Shown here piece after piece: positions 34,753-48,938 of a stretch of DNA of 59,851 nt. The notes below the pieces were generated by a model that worked only from the letters and a program-made list of their open reading frames with translations, did no database searches and was not told the origin of the DNA. Within the stretch, counting starts at the first letter, position 1, and each line of letters opens with the position of its first letter. The stretch lies in NCBI GenBank assembly GCA_038087875.1, contig JAXLNO010000395.1, positions 124,001 through 183,851 on the forward strand, in the 5' to 3' direction. Both the position numbers and the translations under genes were made by a program. This stretch comes from Malacoraja senta (taxonomy: Eukaryota).

Positions 34753-36589
34753 ACTTCTTTGTTTTATTTTTAAGAATGCCACTGGGTGCAGTTGTCCTCT
34801 GGGAACATGGTCCAGAGCTAAGTAGAGCCACATAGGGTCGTATTGGGTCTTTCTAAATTTATGTGTCCGATTACAGTCCCTTGTTTATTTTGAGATCTTG
34901 AGACCCACTCCCAGACAGCTGTCAGAGTGTTGTGTAAATTGTATACTTGCCAATGTCTGGAAACAATGAAACATGAGTGAAAAAGTAAAACAAAAACTCA
35001 AAGTGCTATTTTTAAAAATTGGTCCCTAAAAATACTGACATACTCAAGCACAATTAAGTATATTTAGATTAACTGAATTTAATCAGATGGAAAGGAAATT
35101 ATCTTCTACTTTCTCATTAGCTCCACAACCAATTTTTTCCCACTGAAGTCAATGGGTCTATTGGACCTGTGCCATGTTAAGTTGGCTCAGCTTCAGCTGG
35201 CTCGTGTCTCAGGTTAAGTGTTGGCAAATCTGAAGAATTCTGTGCTCTGCCGATGTACTCCAACTAATGGAGTTCAGGTGTCTCGGATCGGCACTTAACT
35301 ATGCTGGATTTCAATCTGTGCTGGGGCGTACCCAGTTCCCTCGGTAAATGCTGACAGGTCCAAGTGGACGCAAGGCCAATGTTTCCAAATTTGGCACCAT
35401 ATTGCATATCCATTCAACATCAATTCCACCTTTACCATGACACCACAAAAGATAAGCTGTAAAATTGTGTTAATAATCCGTAACATGTACAAAAGCTGGC
35501 AAGGTATGTTTTTTTTTATTATGGTCCGTTGGTTTCTACCTTTCATTTTAATAACAGACTCGGCTATACATTAATTATTGTAAGAAGGAATGTTGGTTCA
35601 TTTGAAGGAAAAACTGTAAGTAAATAAATCTATAGAAATATGTTCTATTTTTAAAAGACTTATTTTTATCCATCATTTTTCGGCTTTTGTTATAAATCTG
35701 CGAAGGTTCAAAATACCTATATCTCTAAGTTGCTTAGAAAAAAGGATCAGTAGTTAGCTCATTATGTAAATCCCAATATGCACTGACATACGGAATTCAT
35801 GTGTATCATTTGAAATAATATCATTCATGTCAAATGATATACCAATGTGGGCAGCCTTTAAAATATAAACGTTGTCTTCAGTGACATCCTTTATAAATAT
35901 ACCACACATATAACATCTATTTAATTTTTGTGATGTTACTAATGAAATCATGTTACTCGGGGTTTCAGCCTGAACAATGGTTGCCTGAGGTTTTAATGAT
36001 GCAGAAAATAATGTTCTGAATAAGGTAATAAAGCAACTAATCCTTACACCTTGCTCTGGTTCTTATCCCAAACAACTGCTGGAGGTCACCAATAAATGTT
36101 AGACCTTCAATTTTCTGAACAACAGGAAATAATGTAGAAGCAAATTTATTCCCAATGTCTTTTAAATTGGTAGCAATAATGATTTGTTTGCTTCAAGTCA
36201 CAGGGGAACAATCAGACAAAATATTTAAAAAATATTGATCCAGCAAGACTAAGCATGCATTTAAAATCTAAAAATAAATCCAAAATTACACCAGAAGATG
36301 TCACGAAACTGAATTAAAAATATATTTCCTGAGCATGCCTCATGAAGTATGAAGGAAAAACATATCTGTGTATATATTATAAACTGAAGAGTTTAGATTT
36401 GGATTGGTTGAATAACATCAACACGGAATATTACAAATGAAACTAGGTTAGCCCTAGGCCTCCAATTTATCAGTCTAATGTTTGGCTGAATAAATCCAGA
36501 GGATGATGGTACATTGTTTACCTGGGACAGGCCTAGTAGATTTAAAAATGATGGATCGATAGTATTGTTGTGAGCTGGAGTTACAAAAA

Positions 36590-37130
36590 GAGAAACAAGG
36601 AACTGCAGATGATGGTTTACAAAAAATGATACAATGTGCTGGAGCGGGCCAGGGAGCATCAGTGGAAAACATGGGTAGGTGACATTTTGGATAGGGACCC
36701 TTCTTCAGAATAATTGTGTGGGGATGGGGGGAAGAAAGCTGGAAGAGAGGAGGGGCAGAACAAAGCCTGAGAGAGGTGGATACAGGTGAGGGAGGGTTTA
36801 GGTAGACAGATGTTTGGACAAAGCCCAGAGATGAAAGAATAGAAGATGTGAGGCAAAATGATTGAAGAGTTAGGAATTGTGAGCTAGAGAAAGGAATGTA
36901 CGTGGGAGGAGATGGGAAGGGAATAAATAGGTGGAGCACTGGGGAGAGAGGGTTGGAAAAGAGAGGGGGGTGGGGGAAGAAGAGGGAAGGGGTTTGTAGT
37001 TGCCTAATAGTGGAGAATTCAATGTTCATACTGTTCATACTGTAAGATCCCCAAGTGGAATTTGAGATGCTGTTCCCCCAGTTTGCCTGTGGTCTCATTC
37101 TGGCAAAGGAGGAGGCCAGGACAGAAACAA
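36590..37130 (-). mobile_element. Penelope-like element 3' end: GIY-YIG C-terminus, pyrimidine-rich 3'UTR, hammerhead remnant and tail
   Basis: Frameshifted SVLGLLLCQNETTGKLGEQHLKFHLG...MNIEFS; downstream CTGAAGAAGGGTCC..TCC-AAAATGTCACC at ~36680-36708 and the same tail as the short units. Confidence 0.75.
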
Positions 37131-37365
37131 ATAGCATGTTTTTAACTGTCAGTGAAGAAAAAAGGTATATTCCGGCCGTTGCTGAATCATAATTTGTGCT
37201 CACTGGTATTTAAGAAAGTCTTTCATTCCATGAGCATTTTTAATTATTCTCTGAACCCGTCTGTGACACATTTAACTGAAGTACAAGTAAAGTGTACATT
37301 ATTGCATAATGAATAAACTCCATGTTAAACCAACGTGCTGCTGCAGCTTCTGTATACTTGGGCAG

Positions 37366-37551
37366 TGTAATTACCTGACTCGTACACAGGTAAAGGTATA
37401 AACATCTTTAATAGACTTCTCAGTGTCAGATATGCAGTACATTATATGTTCAGTCTGCTGCATCTACTAAATGTAATAAACGAGTTCTTAACACTATAAA
37501 GCATGCACTAGTAAGCATTCTGATTGGCTAACATGCAATAGCCAATCTACA
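37366..37551 (-). repeat. Gypsy 3' LTR (186 bp)
   Basis: TGTAATTACC...AATCTACA; direct repeat of 51332-51532. Confidence 0.92.
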
Positions 37552-37618
37552 TCTATTCTTGTAGAAAGTGAAAAGCAACTACGGCGCTTGAACAATATGC
37601 TGAGGGAATATAGAAGAG

Positions 37619-40600
37619 TTAAACAAAATCGCTGTATCTAGTGGGTGGCCTACTAACCCGCCCGGCCCTCGTGTGGTAGGAAGCCGCCTCACCCCCCTTT
37701 TCTTCTGAAAAGATGGGGACTGGGATTGGTGATACCGCTGGCGACCCGATGGGCTTGTAGGGAGAGCCCGCCATGGGGGAACCGGGGGTAGACCAACGCG
37801 GGGAGCCCGGGGCACCAGTTACAACGGGAGACGTAGGGGCGGACCGACGCGGGGAGTGTGTGGTATTATTCGCAACAGATGATGGGATGGCTGCAACAGG
37901 CGTCGGTGTAAACACGAATGATGGGGCATCAGGACCCGCAGGCGCCGGACGCGGTTCCTTCACTGGAAGGAGATATTGATGGTTGCGTCTGTAGAGGACA
38001 CCATCCATTTCAACCAGGTAGGAGCGTGGTTCCTTTGAGGGGCCATGAATGTGCCCTAGTCTGGTATGTCCCTTGTCGGTTTGTAGGCATACCACTTGTC
38101 CTTGTACTAGTGGTTTAAGCGGCTTGCTGGTCTTGTCATAAAACCGCTTTTGCGTGTCGCGTTTAAATTGCACTCACTTTTGTATCGCGGTGGGAGAGCG
38201 GTCGTGCGGCTTCAGCTGTTGCTGGGAGACAGGCAGTGGTGGATGCGTCTGGCGAGACATTAGCCGCTGGGCGGGGGAGCCGAGAACGCTGTCCCTTGAA
38301 ATGTTCCGTAGGTTGAGTAGGTCCAGGTAGACATCGGATTTTGCTTGGTAGGAGCACTCCATGAGTTGTTTAGCGCTCCGAACAGCACGCTTGGCAAGTC
38401 CGTTGGACTGCGGGTATTCTGGGCTGCTGGTGACGTGTTGAAAGTTCCACCGTTTGGCAAAGTTCTTAAATGCCTGACTGGCGAATTGCCTTCCATTGTC
38501 AGTTTGAAGGCGGACAGGTGACCCATGTATGGACAGGTGGATTTGTAGTTTCTGGATCACTGTCTCGGAGGAGATCATTGGAAGCAGGTGTATTTTGAAC
38601 CAGCCCGAGTAGGAGTCCACCAAGACAAGGTAGTGTTTCCCAGGCCATTCAAAGATGTCGGCGGCCAGTGAAGACCATGGAAGGGAGGGAGCTGACTGAG
38701 GCAGGAGGGGCTACTTCTGCTGGTGTGGTGTTAGGCTGTTGCGGGTAGCGCACGATTCGTTATTTTCACTTATGAACCTTGTCATCCCGGGCCAGTAGAA
38801 TATGTTTTGGGCTTGTTTTAGAGTGGCTTCCGTGCTGTGGTGGCCTCTGTGAATGTCATCATAGTACTCACCCCGTAGAATGGGAGGGATAACTGCCTTG
38901 TGGCCTTTGACGATTATCCCGTCCTGTAGCACTATTTCGTCACGAACCAGGAAGTAGGGTCGTATTTCGAGTGAGTAAACTACTACTTATGATGGTAGTT
39001 AGCAGTTGTGAAGTCTTGTCGGCAGCTGTGCGTTCAGCAAGGTGACGTAAATGATCAGTGGGCACGAACGAGACCTTCAGGACTGAGAATTTGTCTTGTT
39101 CGATGGGGTGGCGTTCGCTGGTAGTGCGCGGGGCTCTGGAAAGTGTGTCTGCTATGTGCATGTCTTTACCTTTCTTGTGTACGATGCGGAAGTTGAAACG
39201 CTGCAACTGCATCATCATGCGTTGTAGACGAGCCGGGGCAGCGTGGATGGGCTTATTCAGAATCGTGACCAGTGGCTGATGGCCAGTCTCAACAGTGATA
39301 GTTTTGCCAAAAATGAAGTCCTTGAATTTCGAACAGGCAAAAACTACGGCGAGCAGCTCCTTTTCAACTTGTGCATAGCATTGTTCGGTGTCTGTTGGGG
39401 TTCGTGATGCATAGGAGACAGGCATCACATCGCCGTCGGTGATTGTCCGTAGGCACACTGCGCCTAGCCCGTACTGGGATGCATTGCAGGAGATGGTGAT
39501 CGGCAGCTTGAGGTTAACGTACGCCAGTGTTGGTGCGCTGGCTAGCTGGAGCTTGAGTGTATGGAAGACCCGTTCGTGTTGTGGGTACCAGGACCATGCT
39601 GCATCATTGTGAGTCAGTTGTCGCAGGGGGGCAGGCAGATCGCTGAGGTTGGGAATAAATTTGCCCAGATAGTTCACCATACCGTGGAATCGTTGCAAAC
39701 TGGTGACGTCGGTGGGAACTGGCAGTTCGTTGATGGCTGCAGTCTTTAGCGGATCAGGTTTCAAACTATTACTGGTTAACACATGGCCGACGTAGGTGAC
39801 CCCCGGAACCCGGAATCTGCACTTGAGTGGGTTGAGTTTGTGGTTAATGTCTCTGGCACGGTTTAGTATTGTCTTTAAGTTGGCGTCATGCTCGGCTAAG
39901 TCACGGCTGTAGACAAGGATATCATCAACAATGATGGCACATGGGTGTTCTGCAAACAACTGTTCCATCGCGCGTTGGAAAACTTCGCTGGCTTAGTTGA
40001 TGCCGAATGGCATTCTTAAAAATTTGTAATGGCCAAATGGTGTTGCAAAAGTCGTCAGAGCAGATGATGCGCGGTCCAGTGGTATTTGCCAGAAAGAGCT
40101 TTTAGCATCTAAGAACCAAGAATACCGCTGCGTTTCCAATCTGTGCAGCCACATCCTCTGTGGTTCTCATCGGGTAGTGTGGGCGTTTGATTGCAGTGTT
40201 TAGGTCTCTGGGGTTGATGCAGACCCATATCTCATCTTTGTTTTTCTTGGTGGCTATGACCATAGTGGAGAACCAATCAGAGTGGTCGCTGACCTCGGCA
40301 ATAACTCCGATGGAGACCATGCATTTGAGTTCAGTGTGTATCCTTTCCCGCATGGCATGGAGAACTCGGTGTGCTGAGCGGACCACTGGTGTAACTATAG
40401 GATCCACGGCGATCCTGTATGTCGTGGGGAGCTTGCCAAGTTTGTCGTCGAACAGGTCTTTGTATTGGGACAGCAGCTGCTGAGTTGGCTCTTCTGTTAA
40501 ACAGAGTTTGTGGACAGCACGTCCAAAATATACCAGCCCTAGGTCATGGCATGCACTGATGCCAAGCAGGGTTTCAGAGTTGGGTTGAATGATATAAAAC

Positions 40601-40900
40601 ATCAGGTTTCTTGTTTGGTTGTCTGCAATGCACTTTAAATCAGCTTTCCCAAGTGGGTGCAGGACTTCACCTCCTTAAGCATGTAGTGTGGAGGACTCCT
40701 TTTTCATTCGCTCTGTGCTCCTGATCTTGTTGAACTCCTTTAATGACATAACGTTGACCTTTGCACCAGTGTGGACTTTAGCGGACAAGGTCTTGTTGTT
40801 TATCACCATGGTCATTGCTGGGTCAAGCAGTTTGCCGGAGGAGCGTAGAAGAGAAAGCATTGCTGAGTTGTTGTCGGTTCTATCGGAACCATTCTAGTGG
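37619..40900 (-). pseudogene. Gypsy pol (protease, RT, RNase H, integrase), fragmented
   Basis: KVHTGAKVNV (PR), CINPRDLN, IIVDDILV (RT), CNASQYGLGA and YAQVEKELLA (RNase H), VDSYSGW, QTDNGRQF, YPQSNGLA (IN), TRAGRVSRPP.RY tail. Confidence 0.92.
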
Positions 40901-40949
40901 GAAGCATCGTCGTGTTTTTGGGAATCAGAGTCAGACAGTTCTTGTTGTA

Positions 40950-41773
40950 ACAGGTGCAGATTTGTCCTTGAGGTAGCGTTCCCACGAGACCGACAACACA
41001 TCGCAGAATGATTAAGCTTCTTGCAGTGGTGACAAATTTATCCATGGGCTATGCTGAACTGGTGCCCTCTAGAGTGGAAATAGTTGCAGTTGGGGCATCG
41101 CGTGGCAGGCACATTAGAACTTTTCCGAGGCACATTTTAAACATGGCGGAAGGAGAGTAGTTAGCAAGATTAACGTTGTGTTGCTGATGTGGGCTGGGAG
41201 GAGCAGAGTCTGCGAGTGGGGAAACAACCTCTGCCATGCGACATGAGTGAATAGCTTGATCTAAAGTCAGTTCTGGGTTTCGAAGGAGCTGACCCGTTAG
41301 CTTGCGATCGCTCATTCCCCCCACAATCTTATCATGTACCAGTTCATTAGTCAACTCAACGAAGCGGCACCGTGTAGCCATATGTCGTAAGTCACTGATG
41401 AAACGTTTGTCAGGTTCGTCGACCTGTTGCTGACAGGCGAAACACTTAGTTCTTTCAAGTATGTGATTCGAGGGCATGTCACATAACTCTCTGAATTTTC
41501 TGAGTAGAACGGTTGGTTTTTGTCGATAGTCTCTGCAGGCACTAGGACCTGGCCATTGGCGCCTTTGATAGCTGGGGCAAACTCGAAGTTGTCTGCACGA
41601 ATCATTGCCTCTGCATCCGCTAGATTGAGCAGTAGCGATGCCTTTAGATCATCGGGGTCATTTCAGTGAACGATGCGAATATAGTGAGCATAGTCACGTT
41701 CAAACATGTGCCATTGCTCAGCTATGTCGGAGTCAAGAACAAGGGGACTTGGTTTGCGACAGGAGTTGGCCAT
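40950..41773 (-). pseudogene. Gypsy gag, fragmented
   Basis: ATG at 41773: MANSCRKPSPLVLDSDIAEQWHMFERDY; N.ILER..F...Q...E....FISDLR..A..C.F.....LV.DKIV.G. Confidence 0.85.
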
Positions 41774-41933
41774 AATGGTAAAAAATAGAAAGATTAAACG
41801 AGTTTACCGTTTGATGTTTGATCTTTATTTTATGAGAAGTTGAAGTGAGGGAATACGTGAAGAGCCAACCAGTCCGCATGCGCGTCAATCTTTAGAGCAG
41901 CTGTATGAAACCACAGAATAGTTGCTGACCTAA

Positions 41934-42537
41934 AGGCTGTGTCTTACCTGTTTGCGGTCATCGGCGGTGAAGCGCGGCGTCGCCAGTAGCGGGGACCGCG
42001 CGGCAACGGCAAGAGCGGCGAGCCTATCCACCGGAGCGCCGCACGGATGCTGCGTGGGGGCCGAGTTAATTCAAACACGGCGGGTCCCACGTGCTTGCGG
42101 TAAGTAAAAAAAAGGGCAGGCCGACTGCAATGACATCGGCCCGCCGCACGTGACTCACTAGCGGCGGCTGTGGCAGCGGCCATCCTGATCGCAGCGCTGT
42201 AGCGGTGGCTGTGCCTGCGGCCATGCAGCATACGTGCCTCACTGGCGGAGGCACGTGCCTCACTGGTGGAGGCTGTGGCAGTGGAGGTTTGACGCACGGC
42301 GCTCGAGCCACACTGGCGGCAGCCCGTGCGGGCGGCCGTGCCGCACTCGTGCATCACTGCTGGAGGTTGTGCGGTGAGTATATAGTTTTCGACATTGTCG
42401 ATTTTATTTTAGCACCGTGCGGTGTTGGGAACACCGCCGCACGGCCCCGGAATTGTACGTTCTCACGAGTGCGCGGTCTATGGCGGCAGATTCTTCCCGT
42501 TTCGCCGCCAATGACCGCAGACTCGTGAGACAGGCCT
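41934..42537. mobile_element. GC-rich MITE (Harbinger-like), inside the DIRS 3' region
   Basis: ~40-bp imperfect TIRs AGGCTGTGTCTTAC..TGCGGTCATCGGCGGTGAAGCG / CGTTTCGCCGCCAATGACCGCA..GTGAGACAGGCCT, TAA/TTA flanks; internal 21-bp repeats. Confidence 0.75.
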
Positions 42538-42611
42538 TTAAGCTATAGAAAGATTACGAACCTTAGAACTACCGAATGATCTTTATGAGAAGTAGGGTAG
42601 GGAGTGGAGGG

Positions 42612-42723
42612 CACGTATTCCCTCACTTCAACTTCTCATAAAATAAAGATCAAACTTCAAACGGTAAGTTCTCGTTTAATCTCTCTATTTTATTTCGAAG
42701 TCACGTGAGTGACTACGTGAAGA
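42612..42723. repeat. ICR of second DIRS
   Basis: Complementary to 41784-41858 and 51235-51270, joined at ATT. Confidence 0.88.
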
Positions 42724-45149
42724 CTTCAAAGTTCTGTGGTTTCATGCAGTAACCCAATCTGTGTGTGAAACACTTAAACAGATAGACCATTAATGGTAGA
42801 AAAACGTGGGTTATTAATACCATGATGCTAATTTGCAAACATGGCAATTGTTCTTAACCGGACCATAGTCCCAATTGACTTTGAGTTAGACAATAACTCA
42901 TGCAACACTGTGCAGAATTCTATCTGCAAATATCCAGATATATTCAACCAAATTTTATTATTTATTAACACACACTATGTAAGCCTCTTGCTGTATGATG
43001 AAAGGGAACTATCCATTCTATTGACTGCTAATGAGCCATCAGCAATATCTTGAGACTATTGAATAACCATAAAGAAACTATCTTTCATCTCATAGGTACT
43101 AGCAAGCTCAGTGCACTTGTATACCTAATGAAACCCCCAATCTCTGCTCTGGTGGGTATGCTGTCAACTTCAAATGTACGCAATCATGCCCATTTTGCTT
43201 ATGAGATCATTCCCATAACAAGCTACTCTAATGTCAGTTATACACATGAGGCACAGAGACCAAGCCAGAGATTGAGTAAAGACTGTGTTCTTTGTGCTGA
43301 GATCAGTTACTGAAAGCATAATCATCTTAAAAATACTGCTCCCATTAGGAATACAGTAGAAGAATATTTGCATAATAATTTACTGATATACATCGCACGC
43401 TACAATGAGTGTAGGCTTTTAGAGTGGTCATATAAAAGAGACCCTGCATAATGTTAGTGAACAGCGGGTGAATAACCAATCATTTATTGTCCCACTTATG
43501 GTACTATAGAGAATGCCAAAGCAGCACAAGCAGTGTCAATTGTGCTATCACATAAACGCTTCTCTAGGCTCAAACTGAAAGCCACACAAACCTCTGTTAC
43601 TTCCATTTAAAAGTAACTCACATATTTTGTTCACAAACTTCCCATACAATAGTGCAGAGCTAGCTGCCCGAGAAGACAGGCTGCCCCAACCATCACTTGT
43701 GACCGAGTAAAAAGGAGTTGCTTCAGCCGCCTTACCATGGCCTGAATGAATAGGCAAAATTGGCATTATTAGATTTCATGTTGCCTCATTCTTAATATCA
43801 CAAGAGATATCTACTGATAACCCCAAGAATTATCAGCTGCAAATTTTGCATATTATCTAAAACTCGATGACACAATGCCCTTTGAACTGAATAGGGCAGC
43901 ATTGGCTTCCACCACTGGCTATGTTATCAAAACACCAGATAATCTGTGCCTCATGTGTATAGATGTGGCAAAGTATGCATCTTCAAGATCGATTCACTGA
44001 ATCAGTTAAGTTGCTGAAAGCCAACCATCCATCTTAAACTGGGTAACTAAACACATGATCAGGTTAGCCAAATGCTAACCTGATTCGGCATGCTCCCTGT
44101 TTCTGTATTCTTGAGAAGTATCAGAAATATACCCCTCTCATTCTTGGCCAGACCACTCATCCTCCGATGAGATGTCACTGATTCCACTCGGAACCACCGT
44201 TGCTCTATTGACCATACGGATGGAACCTTATGACTAGAGCTGAAAACACAGTCTCCCCTTGATGTGGGAATATGAGGTCCCTGTCAATTTAGCATAATGC
44301 AAACCTGAATCAGGAAATGCTTCACAGTCCTCTGACTGAAACCACTTGTCTGAGTCGCCAGAGTGCACAACACAATCTCTTCAACCCGCCACTCAATCAG
44401 GAATACTGGTATTGAGAGCCTACAGATTATTATAAATACATTGTTGATTCACAACATGAACCTGCAGGTCCGATAAAAAATATTATATGCCAGACCAGCT
44501 TCCAGCTGGTAGCTACCTATCCCAGAGAGGATGGCAAAGATGTTTCCAATGAACCGGCAACTCTCCTAACTGAGCAGAAATTTAAACATGTGTTGAGGGA
44601 GACTTCAACTACTTTATTCTACTGAGCAGCCTGATAACCTCAATCACAGATGATGAGGCAGTGCTTCCCTGGTCAATATGACACATATGGCCAGCCAGTT
44701 CCATGATGTTCTACCCTGAACCAGGGTAACCAAGCTGTTCCTACTTGGAACTTACAGAGGTTACTATGCAAGGCACCCTGCCAATGTCTCTGCATCAACC
44801 TGATCTATCCCAGAGACAGTGAAAAAATACTAGACAGCCCAATGCTGCCAGTAAACCCAAACCTGGGCTGACAGACTGCTCCATCTTGGAGTTTTACAGA
44901 GGTTAATAAAGAGACCTTACCTGCCAGCGTCTCTGAACCCGGGTCGATTTGCTTGTTGGAGCTTCAGCGAAGTTCCATTTGCAGACCCTGTCTGTCATGC
45001 TTGCCATTTCTTCAGCTGGTGTGATGTTAGATAGCTGATGCCGCTGGCCAACTAGATACATAGATACATAGAAAATAGGTGCAGAAGTAGGCCATTCGGC
45101 CCTTCGAGCCTGCACCGCCATTCAATATGATCATGGCTGATCATCCAAC

Positions 45150-47960
45150 TCAGTATCCCGTACCTGCCTTCTCTCCATACCCCCTGATCCCTTTAGCCAC
45201 AAGGGCCACATCTAACTCCCTCTTAAATATAGCCAATGAACTGGCCTCAACTACCCTCTGTGGCAGAGAGTTCCAGAGATTCACCACACTCTGTGTGAAA
45301 AAGTTTTTCCTCATCTCGGTCTTAAAGGATTTCCCACTTATCCTTAAGCTGTGACCCCTTGTCCTGGACTTCCCCAACATCGGGAACAATCTTCCTGCAT
45401 CTAGCCTGTCCAACCCCATAAGAATTTTGTACGTCTCTATAAGATCCCCTCTCAGTCTCCTAAATTCTAGCGAGTAGAAGCCAAGTCTATCCAGTCTTTC
45501 TTCATATGAAAGTCCTGACATCCCAGGAATCAGTCTGGTGAACCTTCTCTGCACTCCCTCTATGGCTATAATGTCCTTCCTCAGATTTGGCGACCAAAAC
45601 TGTATGCAATACTCCAGGTGTGGTCTCACCAAGACCCTGTACAACTGCAGTAGAACCTCCCTGCTCCTATACTCAAATCCTCTTGCTATGAAGGCCAACA
45701 TACCATTCGCTTTCTTCACTGCCTGCTGCACCTGCATGCCTACTTTCAATGACTGGTGTACCATGACACCCAGGTCTCGCTGCATCTCCCCATTTCCTAA
45801 TCGGCCACCATTTAGATAATAGTCTGCCTTCCCGTTTTTGCCACCAATGTGGATAACCTCACATTTATCCACATTATACTGCATCTGCCAAACATTTGCC
45901 CACTCACCCAGCCTATCCAAGTCACATTGCAGTCTCCTAGCATCCTCCTCACAGCTAACACTGCCCCCCAGCTTAGTGTCATCCGCAAACTTGGAGATGT
46001 TGCTTTCAAGTCCCTCGTCCAGATCATTAATATAAATTGTAAATAGCTGGGGTCCCAGCACTGAGCCTTGCGGTACCCCACTAGTAACTGCCTGCCATTG
46101 TGAAAAGGACCCGTTTACTACTACTATTTGCTTCCTGTTTGCCAGCCAGTTCTCTATCCACATCAATACTGAACCCCCAATACCGTGTGATTTAAGTTTG
46201 TATCCTAATCTCTTATGTGGTACCTTGTCGAAAGCCTTCTGAAAGTCCAGATACAACACATCCACTGGTTCTCCCCTATCCACTCTACTAGTTACATCCT
46301 CGAAAAATTCTATAAGATTCGTCAGACACGATTTACCTTTCCTAAATCCATGCTGACTTTGTCCAATGATTTCACCACTTTCCAAATGTGCTGCTACCCC
46401 ATCTTTAATAACTGACTCTAGCAGTTTCCCCACTACCGATGTTAGACTAACTGGTCTGTAATTCCCCGTTTTCTCTCTCCCTCCCTTCTTAAAAAGTGGG
46501 GTTACATTTGCTACCCTCCAATCCTCAGGAACTACTCCAGAATCTAAAGAGTTTTGAAAAATTATCACTAATGCATTCACTATTTCTGGAGCTACTTCCT
46601 TAAGTACCCTGGGATGCAGCCTATCTGGCCCTGGTGATTTATCGGCCTTTAATCCATTCAATTTACCCAACACCACTTCCCGACTAACCTGGATTTCACT
46701 CAGTTCCTCCATCTCCTTTGACCCGCGGCCCCCTGCTATTTCCGGCAGATTATTTATGTCTTCCTTAGTGAAGACGGAACCAAAGTAGTTATTCAATTGG
46801 TCCGCCATATCCTTGTTCCCCATGATCAATTCACCCGTTTCTGACTGCAAGGGACATACATTTATTTTAACTAATCTCTTTCTCTTCACATATCTATAAA
46901 AACTTTTGCAGTCAGTTTTTATGTTCCCTGCCAGTTTCCTTTCATAATCTATTTTCCCTTTCCTAATTAAGCCCTTTGTCCTCCTCTGCTGGTCTCTGAA
47001 TTTCTCCCAGTCCTCTGGTATGCTGCTTTTTCTGGCTAATTTGGACACATCATCTTTTGCTTTGATACTATCCCTGATTTCCCTTGTTATCCATGGATGC
47101 ACTACCTTCCCTGATTTATTCTTTTGCCAAACTGGGATGAACAATTTTTGTAGGTCATCCATGCAGTCAGAAACGGGTGAATTGCATATCCACCGTCAAC
47201 CCTTTTAGAACTAATTGCCAGTCAATCTTGGCCAATTCACGTCTCATACCCTCAAAGTTACCTTTCTTTAAGTTCAGAACCGTTGTTTCTGAATTAACAA
47301 TGTCACTCTCCATCCTAATGAAGAACTCAACCATATTATGGTCACTCTTGCCCAAGGGGGCACGCACAACAAGACTGCTAACTAACCCTTCCTCATTACT
47401 CAATACCCAGTCTAGAATAGCCTGCTCTCTCGTTGGTTCCTCTACATGTTGGTTTAGATAACTATCCCTCATACATTCCAAGAAATCCTCTTCCTCAGCA
47501 CCCCTGCCAATTTGATTCACCCAATCTATATGTAGATTGAAGTCACCCATTAAAACTGTTTTGCCTTTGTTGCACGCATTTCTAATTTCCTGTTTGATGC
47601 CATCCCCAACTTCACTACTACTGCTAGGTGGCCTGTACACAACACCCACCAGCGTTTTCTGCCCCTTAGTGTTTCGCAGCTCTAACCATACCGATTCCAC
47701 ATCCTCCAAGCTAATGTCCTTCCTTTCCACTGCGTTAATCTCCTCTCTAACTAGCAACGCTACCCCACTTCCTTTTCCTTTCTCTCTATCCCTCCTGAAT
47801 ATTGAATATCCCTGGATGTTCAGCTCCCAGCCTTGGTCACCCTGGAGCCATGTCTCCGTGATCCCAACTATATCATAATCATTAATTGCTATCTGCACGT
47901 TCAACTCATCCACCTTATGACGAATGCTCCTTGCATTGAGACACAAAGCCTTCAGGCTTG
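45150..47960 (-). pseudogene. CR1 ORF2 with a single lesion at ~47163-47184
   Basis: CLNARSIRHK, GITETWL, GDFN, KSDH; SPGPD, YRPVSLTS, YLDFQKAFD, GVPQGSVLGP, FADDTK. Confidence 0.92.
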
Positions 47961-48425
47961 TTTTTACAACGCTCTTACCCCTTATACAATTATGTTGAAA
48001 AGTGGCTCTTTTTGATTTTTGCCCTGGATTTGTCTGCCTGCCACTTTTACTTTTCACCTTGCTACCTATTGCTTCCGCCCGCATTTTACACCCCTCTGTT
48101 TCTCTGCTCACCCATTTAAGAACCCCACCACCTCTTATTCTCTGTTTATTATTGTTTTCTTCTTTCCCCCCTACATGTTGGGTCTGAGTACTTTCCTTCT
48201 CTGCCTCCTGCCTCACACACTGTCTAATAGCATTCTCTATTTGAGTCCCTCCCCCCAACCATTCTAGTTTAAAGTCTCCCCAGTAGCCTTTGCAGATCTC
48301 CCTGCCAGGATATCGGTCCCCCTCAGGTTCAAGTGCTACCCATCCTTTTTGTACAGGTCGAACCTTCCACAAAAGAGGTCCCAATGATCCAGAAATTTGA
48401 ATCCCTGCCTTCTGCACCAGTCCTT

Positions 48426-48938
48426 TATTGCCATAGAGGGAGTGCAGAGAAGGTTCACCAGACTGATTCCTGGGATGTCAGGACTGTCTTATAAAGAAAG
48501 ACTGGATAGACTTGGTTTATACTCTCTAGAATTTAGGAGATTGAGAGGGGATCTTATATAAACTTACAAAATTCTTAAGGGGTTGGACAGGCTGGATGCA
48601 GGAAGATTGCTCCCGATGTTGGGGAAGTCCAGGACAAGGGGTCCCAGCTTAAGGATAAGGGGGAAATCCTTTAAAACCGAGATGAGAAGAACTTTTTTCA
48701 CACAGAGAGTGGTGAATCTCTGGAACTCTCTGCCACAGAGGGTAGTCGAGGCCAGTTCATTGGCTATATTTAAGAGGGAGCTAGATGTGGCCCTTGTGGC
48801 TAAAGGGATCAGAGGGTATGGAGAGAAGGCAGGTACGGGATACTGAGTTGGATGATCAGCCATGATCATATTGAATGGTGGTGCAGGCTCGAAGGGCCGA
48901 ATGGCCTACTCCTGCACCTAATTTCTATGTTTCTATGT
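48426..48938 (+). mobile_element. Short CR1 3' copy inserted antisense into the same-family CR1
   Basis: Near-identical reverse complement of ~45056-45570; TCCTT on both sides (possible TSD). Confidence 0.88.

Noticed and set aside
35754..35951. LKAAHIGIS resembling the P-type ATPase hinge motif
   Set aside because: The essential GDGxND motif is missing and the spacing is wrong; probably chance
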